A DNA stretch of 64,000 bases from Flectonema sp. DT1601. Taxonomy: Eukaryota. Position numbers and translations under genes: made by a program. Positions 56,783 through 64,000 of the stretch are shown one piece after another. Location of the stretch: the NCBI GenBank assembly GCA_964019425.1, contig OZ025805.1:930001-994000 (forward strand). Direction: 5' to 3'. Below the pieces are notes generated by a model that had not been told where the DNA came from, did not search any database, and was given only the letters and a program-made list of their open reading frames with translations. Within the stretch, counting starts at the first letter, position 1. Each line of letters begins with the position of its first letter.

Positions 56783-57325
56783 CTGCTAATAATGACAATT
56801 ATCAGAATAGCTTTTCCCCCTCTTTTTTTTTTTTTAATTTTTTTTTTTTATATTCTTTTTTTTAGCGATTAGTAAAAGTGTCTTGAAATCGCATAAAAAA
56901 AACCCTAAAATATCTCATGAGAGGGTTGGTTAATTCCAAACAGAAGTTTAATGAAACACAAACCGGTTTCAATACTTAACAATGCAGCCTAGATTCGACA
57001 GGCAATGTCCTACATGAAAAGATAATTACAACTACTGAATGATTAAAGCAAGGATGAGGCAGATCAATACTCGGTTTCATTCTTTCAGGAATCTGAAATG
57101 AGCTGTGATGTGTCTGATTTTTTGTTTTTTTTAGAGCGAAACCTAATTATCACTTTTTCCTTAACAGCGAAGATGACATTATCAGAACTCCCCTCAGTGG
57201 GCGTTAATTTCAATAAATTAGAAATAAATTCTGCAAAAAAAAAGGAAATCTGTTTAGAAGATATTTATTTTGCACGTTAATCTAATCATACTCCACTCCA
57301 AGCTATTTATATCAGGCGAGGTAAA

Positions 57326-58351
57326 ATGCAACTCTCGATCGCGTTCCCAGACACAGGATTTCCCGACGTTATTTTCACAGCTTCTGGAGATTCGCTCGTG
57401 AAGGATGCATTGCAGATTGCAGCCGATGAGTGGGGTACCGATACTGACTTTCTTGAGCTTTCTCTCGCAGGAGCACGGCTTTCGGCAGGTGATCGATTAG
57501 TGTCGTACGGAGTGGAGGACGGCTCACTGTTGGATGCATCGGTGGTGCGCTTGTTTGGATTGGAATGGTTCACAGATGCTGCAAAGAGAGCGAAGGCATT
57601 CCTACGAGGAGAACGGGATCAGGATGGGTTTTTCTGCCTTGATACTCCCACATTCGCTGTGGATGGCTGTCTTCAGTTTAGTAACAGTGAGTGGTACTCG
57701 GATGATGTTACGAACATCTCATTCAGCAACTCTGAACCCTCAGTCACGACCGTTTCGGATGATTTCTTATCCTCATCTCGTAAGGTTAAAAAGGTCAGTC
57801 TGCCTGGTCTTCAATACGTCACATCTGTTGGTAATGATTTCCTCAGAAATTGCTATTCACTTACATCCGTAGACTTGTCAAGCCTCAGCAATGTTTCAGC
57901 TGTTGGAAATGATTTTCTCTCTTCTTGTGCATCCCTCACATCCGTAGACTTGTCATGCCTGAGCAATGTTTCAGCTGTTGGAACTTATTTTCTCGCTTCT
58001 TGTTCATCCCTCACATCTCTGGACTTGTCATGCCTCAGCAATGTTTCAGTTATTGGAAGTTGCTTTCTAAGTCATTGTTCGTCCCTCACGTCCCTGGACT
58101 TGTCAGGTCTCAGCAATGTTTCAACTGTTGGAAGTTATTTTCTAAGTAGTTGTATATCCCTCACCTCCCTGGACTTATCGTGTCTCAGTAATGTTTTAAT
58201 GATTGAAGGGTATTTTCTGAATTATTGTACATCTCTAACGTCCCTGGACTTGACCCTCATGGATGTGAAATGTGTTGGAAACAGTTTCCTCAAAGGTTGT
58301 TCATCTATTAACAGAGACGAACTGCATACGAGCATAAGGAACTTTAAATGA
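57326..58351 (+). CDS. Ubiquitin-like domain plus LRR protein, copy 2 (two LRR units shorter)
   Basis: Near-identical to 32952-34127 but 50 aa shorter. Flanks are also duplicated (about 57143-58439 vs 32785-34215). Confidence 0.85.
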   Translation: MQLSIAFPDTGFPDVIFTASGDSLVKDALQIAADEWGTDTDFLELSLAGARLSAGDRLVSYGVEDGSLLDASVVRLFGLEWFTDAAKRAKAFLRGERDQDGFFCLDTPTFAVDGCLQFSNSEWYSDDVTNISFSNSEPSVTTVSDDFLSSSRKVKKVSLPGLQYVTSVGNDFLRNCYSLTSVDLSSLSNVSAVGNDFLSSCASLTSVDLSCLSNVSAVGTYFLASCSSLTSLDLSCLSNVSVIGSCFLSHCSSLTSLDLSGLSNVSTVGSYFLSSCISLTSLDLSCLSNVLMIEGYFLNYCTSLTSLDLTLMDVKCVGNSFLKGCSSINRDELHTSIRNFK

Positions 58352-58893
58352 CACCAATCAATCAATATAACCAAACTGGTTAATATCAGAACAAGGTAAG
58401 TCTCATTGATTACTTCTCACATATTTGATGAGTTGTAACCGTTTTAGTGTTCTACAGTGTTTAATGAAACAGAAAAAATAATTTTTTTTTTAATAATATG
58501 AAGTATACTTCATTTTTATGTTTACCTTCGCACTTTTATATGAAAGGAAATGTAAATAATGTTTTTCTCCTTTTTTTTTTCTTTTTTCTCTGGTTGCGTC
58601 TCTGAAACTAAGCCAACCCAACTACTTACTTTTGGATTCGATAAATCACAGCGTGCGAAGAAATTAAAAAAAAAAAAACGTTTTGTGTGTACGTAAAAAG
58701 TTTCTCTTGATTTGTGACTAGCAACGCCAAGCCCTGTGCACATTATACTTCGCCCCCCCCTCAGCATTTTTTTCAAAGAATTGTTGATTTTAAGCAAGTA
58801 ATTTGTAGGTGAAACCTACACTCTGCCGTATTACATTATACCCTGGTTTTGGTTTCCCAGGGCTCACGATTAATTCAAAATTGAATAACTCGA

Positions 58894-58956
58894 TTCCGTA
58901 CTGCACTGAATGACAACACGGAAAAAGAGACATGTATGCAAATAAGTTAGAAACAT
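58894..58956 (+). ncRNA. Variant or degenerate permuted hammerhead ribozyme, module 1
   Basis: UUCCGU-ac-UGCA-CUGAAUGA-cAAC-ACGGAA..AUGU-A^UGCA-aauaa-GUUa-GAAA-CAU. Same element order as module 2; the core has one extra nt and stem II is weak. Confidence 0.6.
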
Positions 58957-59015
58957 TGATTATAATGTAAAGTATTTACGTCAATCGCAGAGTGTATACT
59001 ACACTAACTTTACCT

Positions 59016-59623
59016 TTAGTCACTGTATCTCAGAACTAATGTTAAATTATCGTTATGTTGTTTATGATACAAAACATTTGTATTTTACGTACAAACTCGA
59101 ACAGTTAACCCCCCCTCAGGATTTATAATGATTCATGTCTAATTTGTTGCGTGTTAGCCTTGATTTATTTATCCAAGTCCCCCCTCAGGAACTTTTTTTT
59201 TTATTTATGAACATGAAACACAAAGTAACTACATTCCAGTCCTGCAAACTGGAATGACTCAGTCTCAACATTTGACTGACTTACTTCTACACCATACTGA
59301 TGAGAGAGAATAGAGGTAAGAGGTATATGGATTACTCTCGAAACCTATAGTTACTTTAATATGCTAAGTTGCGCATCACCCTTAGTCACTGTATTTAAAA
59401 CTAATGTTAAATTATCTTTATGTTTTTATGATACAACACAGTTGTAATTTTTACAAAATCGAACATACATCCCCCCTCAGGAACCGAACAAGATTAAAGG
59501 ATCAGTTATCCCCTTAGTCACTGTATCTAAAATTAATGTTAATTATTCCTGGCTTTTGGCTTCCTAGGCTTCGTAAATAAATAAAATAAATAATTATCGT
59601 ACGTTACATCCCCCCCCCCCTCA
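59016..59623 (+). repeat. Three ~100-nt leader repeats (59016-59120, 59382-59481, 59514-59623)
   Basis: Each starts ttagtcactgtat..taatgttaa(a)ttat and ends in C6-11-TCA(G). Copies 1 and 2 align throughout; copy 3 diverges in the middle. Confidence 0.85.
59280..59346 (+). ncRNA. Hammerhead ribozyme with non-circularly permuted topology, module 2; predicted cleavage after A59325
   Basis: CUGAUGA (59297-59303), stem II GAGAG/CUCUC, GAAA (59340-59343), stem I CCAUA/UAUGG, stem III ACCU/AGGU and GUA triplet at 59323-59325. Confidence 0.85.
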
Positions 59624-59631
59624 CCCCCAAG

Positions 59632-62600
59632 ATGTTATTATCGAGAGGTGCTAGATATAGACTCTTTGAGGATCCGAAAACTGTCACGGAGGAAGTAATG
59701 TACGCTATAGATGAATACATCATGCATTACTTCCCAGATGAGAAATACGAACCTCTATGTATTTTTTTAAAAAAAGCGGCAAAAAATCAAATCGGAAAGC
59801 TACCGCAGATGGATGTTATTGATGAATTCAAACAAGTACAGAAGGAACTGAAGGAAATTAAAAAACATTTGATTTTTACCAGAATCGACAAAACGACACA
59901 CGATCTGGCAGTATGTTGTAAGAAATACTACAACACAAAACTAAACGAGCACATCGGTAACAGAATTGTGTACGCAGAGGTTCCGAAAGATCAGATAAAT
60001 CCAACGATGAAAAGGATCGAAGACATCAACAAGAAACATGGTTTCAGAAATACGGAAAATTTGCCATATTTATATGGAAATCCGAAGATGCATAAAGACC
60101 CTCCGAAGTTTAGATTCATAGCTGGAACTTCGAACAAAACACTGGATGTCAAATACATCAACTCTAAGGTAATGCCTGCGCCCTTCACAGCCACAACAGA
60201 CATGTCAAAGGAAATGTCTGGGATACTTAAGACTTTCATGGAAATAGTTAAAAAAGCTGAAAAAGTGGAATACGAAACAACGAATATAAGAAAGTATTTT
60301 ATAATTCAGAATGTAGATGAAGTTGCACAGTACATCAAAAGCAACTACTCAACTCTCCAACAAATGAAGGTAAAGACATATGATTTCTCAGATATGTACA
60401 CGAACCTCCCCCATGATAAGATTAAAAAAGTTATCAACGAATTAATCAGCAAGTACATGGACGGGCAGATAATGGTTAGAGACAAAAGAAGTGGAATTGG
60501 TAAAGACTTTTACCTTGACAAAAGCTACGATAAAGATGTTCAAGTAGCATACGAAGAGAGCAAAGTTAAAGAACTACTCAGCACGATTCTATCTAATGCT
60601 TACATTAAGAATGGAGAACTTATGCTCAAACAAAGCCATGGTATACCGATGGGTTCTCAATGCTCACCACATATTGCGAACTTATACTGCTTTGGCATTG
60701 AAAAACAATGGGTGGAAAACGTCATTTCACAGAAAGGTATTGGGGCAGCGATAAATAACAAAATCATATTCAGATACATTGATGATTTTTTAATTTTCAG
60801 CCACAATGACCCAAGCCCACCACCGAGTGAGATGTATAAAATGTCATATACAGATACATCAATGGGCAACAACGATGTAGTATTCCTTGGGATGAGAATC
60901 CGGTTGGAAGAAAGGCCGAGAGGACACCCGTTCGTACGACTTTCAATATGGGATAAAGAAAATCTGTTTAATTTCCAACCCATTAAGTATACCAGTTCGG
61001 AATCCAACGCACCGAAAAGCCTAGGACCAGGTATTCTAAAAGGTGCCATGTACAGAGCCGCTACTAATATCAATAACGATTTCGACTTATACCTTGAAAT
61101 TGAGAAAGTGCTATACCGTCTGAGAAGTCGCGGATACTCGAAAAACAGTCTGTTCCCCCAATATAAAGACTTTGTACTGGGTACATACTGGGATTTCCCA
61201 AAACAAAGGGAAAGTCTTCATCATCATTTCTTTGAAATCAATCGGAAATATGACAACGGAAGACCAGTATCGAAAGAAAAACAGACAATCCAACAACATT
61301 ATAAAGTCAATGGAAGGGATGACATTTATAATATGCTGTTGGACAAGAGAATTGGATATGCGAAATTAAGGAGGAATGACAACACATTGGTGACATCATT
61401 TAAAATTGCCAGTCAAGCGATTATTAAAAACAAGAAGGAATGTCAGCAATGCAAAGCTATAATCTCTGACGACACTGAATCACTGGTCAATGATATCAAC
61501 ATTAAATATCACACTGGAATATTCAAAACAGCAAAATTCTACAAGGAATTTAAAGAGATATTGCCTATCAATGTCAGTATCCTTTCATACAAAAAGGGTA
61601 TAACAACTCGAGTAGTAGTCAACAAAGATAACAATCACGAATGTCACATGTTGATCGGATGTACGGAAGGTGGATTTTTCTTTCCAATTACAGCAAGATA
61701 CACGGAAAAGGAAATTCAAAGTCAGCTACTCGAAAAGAAGGATCCAGAAAAATCCGATATCGCTGACAACACGTCGAAAGACTTGAAAGTAGTACAAAAG
61801 GAGCAGAAGTCAGAAGAGTCTGGAAAAACTGAAGTACCAAACGATGATTATTGGTCCACCTTCATTGATAATAAATTCCCTATTACGATGCACACGCAAC
61901 CAGCAGAAGGACTTCGTAGTGGGGAATGTGGCTGGGCAACTGTTAACTTCATAGCAGATCACCTCAAAACTGAAAGAATCAGAATATCGAAGATGTTTAA
62001 GATTCAATTCCGACTCGCAGAGCAAGAGCTTAAGTTAATTGGAGAGAACTTGATGTTCTCATTTAACCCAGATGGTTGGTTTCATCAGATAGTTATTTAT
62101 GAAACAATAAGAATATATCTGGGACTAGAAGTAACACATGTGACAACCCATGAACAGCTGAAAACAATCACAGTAGGTCCAACAGAACAAGAAACTATTG
62201 TCATTCCATACATCATAGTGTCACGTAGAGCAGCCTACACACATTACATCGTCTTTATTGATATAAATTCTAAATACAAGGGATTTGATATAATCAATCC
62301 AACTCCAGATTGTAATGGGATAGAAGATATCATGACGAAGTATCCGTTGAAGGAATACGAATACCACGTTGTAATGAAAACAACGAAAGATATTCCTCCA
62401 ATAGACTTGTCTGCACTGGCAATAACAGAGTCACCAGCAAAGGATAATTCCACAACAAAAACTACAGAAGTGGAAATTAAAAAATTCACGGACGAGGAGG
62501 ATGTAACAGATCTTGAGACAATGATTTCGGCAATCGAAAAAGCGGACAAAATGAAGCCCAAATCGACACCGGGAAAAGTCAATAAGATAGAGATAAGGGC

Positions 62601-64000
62601 CGTATCACCACCAAAGATATGCCAGGATAATATACCGACCCTGTACATATCGCCGATGGTGAAGATACCACCATTACCAGTACTACTATCACCAGTGTTA
62701 CCAAGACCATCAATAATTCCAATGACAATACCAATAACGATACCGAAGATAATAAAAATGGAACCTTCGGTAATGCAAAAAATTATATCGCTACCATCAA
62801 ATAGTTTTCAGAAGACGCTAGTCACTGTAAATAATGCACTTACGGTAGCCCCACCAGCAATCCCGACATTGATGCCAGCAACGATTTCAAAGGTATCACA
62901 ATTGGCACCGCCGACTGTACTTCAAAAGAAGACACAAGTCATTGCAAATGATGAACTCACACAGGTCCCGCCGATAATTCCAACAATGATACCAACACCA
63001 ATTACAAATTTATCACAATCGACACCGTCAATTGTACTTCAAAAGAATACACAAGTCAGTGCGAGTGATGCACTTACACAGGCCCCGCCGATAATTCCAA
63101 CGCTGATGCCAGCAAGGATTTCAAAAATATCACAATTAGCACCGCCGACTGTAATTCAGAAGAAGACACAAGTTATTGCAAATGAGACACCTACAATGGC
63201 CCCACCTGCAATCCCAACGTTGATGCCAGCAACGATCTCAAAGGTATCACAATTGGAACCTCCAACTGTACATCAAAGTGTGATTCAATCTATGAAAACG
63301 ATACAATTACCGATTGTATCACCATTGGATCTGGATCATAATGATGTGGATATGATCGATATGCCGTCACCAGCAACAGTACAACTGGATACGGACACTG
63401 ACATGGTAATGGAAACTATGTCACCAGAGACGCAGGAATCACCGGAGCATAGATATGCTGGCGTAATGACTCCATCCAAAGACAGGATGGAGTCACCACC
63501 AATAACTCCGATTAAGATTAAGACTCCACTGAAAATAAAGACGCCTCTGAAGATCGAAACTCCGACTAAAATAATTCCACAAACCCAACAAGCATGTTGG
63601 GATGGAAAGAACCTCGAATTAATACGAAGTTTGTCAAAAGAAAGACAGTTGGAGAAAATAGTCACCACATACAGACTAAGATCAACTACACCACAAACAG
63701 TAGCCAGGAAGATGGAAACACCACCTACTGTAAGCAGTAAAGCCACGAATTCCGGAACAACAATACCGATTACACCACAAAAGGTATCAAGAGTACTAAC
63801 ATACACAGATACAGAGAATATCGGTAAAACTTGCAAATATTGCAATAAATCCTGGAAGTCATTTATTGACCATATCAATAAATGTGGAATATTCAGAGCA
63901 TCAAAAGAATATCCAACATATGTTGATGAAGATGATAACACTTCATTTACGGTCACTGAATACAAAACGGATCCTCGAAATAGTATTGTAACTGTTACAA
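59632..64000 (+). CDS. Penelope-like reverse transcriptase polyprotein (RT, Josephin-like protease, Pro/Thr repeats, CCHC knuckle); 3'-incomplete
   Basis: Manual translation finds no stop to 64000. Motifs: LLSRGARYR, IDK (59884), LPYLYGNPKMHKDPPKFRFIAG (60061), TYDFSDMYTNLPH (60376), QSHGIPMGSQCSPHIANLY (60631), FRYIDD (60769-60786), FLG, WDK and RGY. In-frame stop upstream at 59587-59589. Confidence 0.95.
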   Translation, partial: MLLSRGARYRLFEDPKTVTEEVMYAIDEYIMHYFPDEKYEPLCIFLKKAAKNQIGKLPQMDVIDEFKQVQKELKEIKKHLIFTRIDKTTHDLAVCCKKYYNTKLNEHIGNRIVYAEVPKDQINPTMKRIEDINKKHGFRNTENLPYLYGNPKMHKDPPKFRFIAGTSNKTLDVKYINSKVMPAPFTATTDMSKEMSGILKTFMEIVKKAEKVEYETTNIRKYFIIQNVDEVAQYIKSNYSTLQQMKVKTYDFSDMYTNLPHDKIKKVINELISKYMDGQIMVRDKRSGIGKDFYLDKSYDKDVQVAYEESKVKELLSTILSNAYIKNGELMLKQSHGIPMGSQCSPHIANLYCFGIEKQWVENVISQKGIGAAINNKIIFRYIDDFLIFSHNDPSPPPSEMYKMSYTDTSMGNNDVVFLGMRIRLEERPRGHPFVRLSIWDKENLFNFQPIKYTSSESNAPKSLGPGILKGAMYRAATNINNDFDLYLEIEKVLYRLRSRGYSKNSLFPQYKDFVLGTYWDFPKQRESLHHHFFEINRKYDNGRPVSKEKQTIQQHYKVNGRDDIYNMLLDKRIGYAKLRRNDNTLVTSFKIASQAIIKNKKECQQCKAIISDDTESLVNDINIKYHTGIFKTAKFYKEFKEILPINVSILSYKKGITTRVVVNKDNNHECHMLIGCTEGGFFFPITARYTEKEIQSQLLEKKDPEKSDIADNTSKDLKVVQKEQKSEESGKTEVPNDDYWSTFIDNKFPITMHTQPAEGLRSGECGWATVNFIADHLKTERIRISKMFKIQFRLAEQELKLIGENLMFSFNPDGWFHQIVIYETIRIYLGLEVTHVTTHEQLKTITVGPTEQETIVIPYIIVSRRAAYTHYIVFIDINSKYKGFDIINPTPDCNGIEDIMTKYPLKEYEYHVVMKTTKDIPPIDLSALAITESPAKDNSTTKTTEVEIKKFTDEEDVTDLETMISAIEKADKMKPKSTPGKVNKIEIRAVSPPKICQDNIPTLYISPMVKIPPLPVLLSPVLPRPSIIPMTIPITIPKIIKMEPSVMQKIISLPSNSFQKTLVTVNNALTVAPPAIPTLMPATISKVSQLAPPTVLQKKTQVIANDELTQVPPIIPTMIPTPITNLSQSTPSIVLQKNTQVSASDALTQAPPIIPTLMPARISKISQLAPPTVIQKKTQVIANETPTMAPPAIPTLMPATISKVSQLEPPTVHQSVIQSMKTIQLPIVSPLDLDHNDVDMIDMPSPATVQLDTDTDMVMETMSPETQESPEHRYAGVMTPSKDRMESPPITPIKIKTPLKIKTPLKIETPTKIIPQTQQACWDGKNLELIRSLSKERQLEKIVTTYRLRSTTPQTVARKMETPPTVSSKATNSGTTIPITPQKVSRVLTYTDTENIGKTCKYCNKSWKSFIDHINKCGIFRASKEYPTYVDEDDNTSFTVTEYKTDPRNSIVTVT
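62848..63275 (+). repeat. 117-bp (39-aa) coding tandem repeat, about 3.6 copies
   Basis: APPAIPTLMPATISKVSQLAPPTVLQKKTQVIANDELTQ-like units start at 62848, 62965, 63082 and 63199. Confidence 0.85.

Larger units (their letters stand above)
58753..64000 (+). mobile_element. Penelope-like retroelement with ribozyme-bearing leader; runs off window, 5' boundary approximate
   Basis: PLE-type RT ORF plus upstream hammerhead motifs and internal repeats. No TSD or second terminal repeat is visible inside the window. Confidence 0.85.

Noticed and set aside
59340..59370. Conventional minimal type I hammerhead using GAAAC-CTATA-GTT
   Set aside because: The downstream sequence cannot pair with CCAUA to form stem I, whereas the internal AGGUA-UAUGG satisfies stems I and III.
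58753..59623. CCCTCA/CCCTTAG motifs as telomeric repeats (Athena-like priming)
   Set aside because: Not tandem and not CCCTAA; telomere targeting is unsupported from this window.
59632..61250. Telomerase, retron or group II intron RT
   Set aside because: No TERT T/CP motifs, retron VTG motif or YADD/maturase domain seen; the motif set and hammerheads fit PLEs.
59991..63965. Minus-strand and short off-frame ORFs listed over the RT region
   Set aside because: Shadows of the single long + strand ORF.

Overview
AT-rich eukaryotic DNA, most likely euglenozoan and possibly diplonemid. This is an inference from three things: every credible protein gene is on the + strand, the U6 snRNA has a trypanosome-type GGAGCCC...GGGACAUCC 5' end, and introns are few and short (GT-AG). 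1-17 kb is a tandem family of three genes encoding secreted Cys-rich proteins built from a 114-bp/38-aa repeat (at least 17, about 28 and about 87 units). 17-58 kb holds a unidirectional gene run: Plus3-like, ubiquitin-like, MLO/B-box, ankyrin, CCDC93, VASt, spliced small Tim, PPOX, GAF-PDE, P2X-like, NPRL2 and two UBL-LRR paralogues. It also holds U6 snRNA, a 770-bp MITE and a small retroposon-like insertion. The most unusual region is 58.75-64 kb. An ORF absent from the ORF track (ATG 59632, open past the window end, at least 1456 codons) encodes a Penelope-like reverse transcriptase with no N-terminal GIY-YIG, followed by a Josephin-like cysteine protease, a Pro/Thr-rich repeat linker and a CCHC zinc knuckle. 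Its ~880-nt leader contains two tandem modules, each with a hammerhead ribozyme in a non-circularly permuted (pseudoknotted) topology. The two copies share helix order but not helix sequence. All family calls come from manual translation and motif recognition; no database search or folding program was run.
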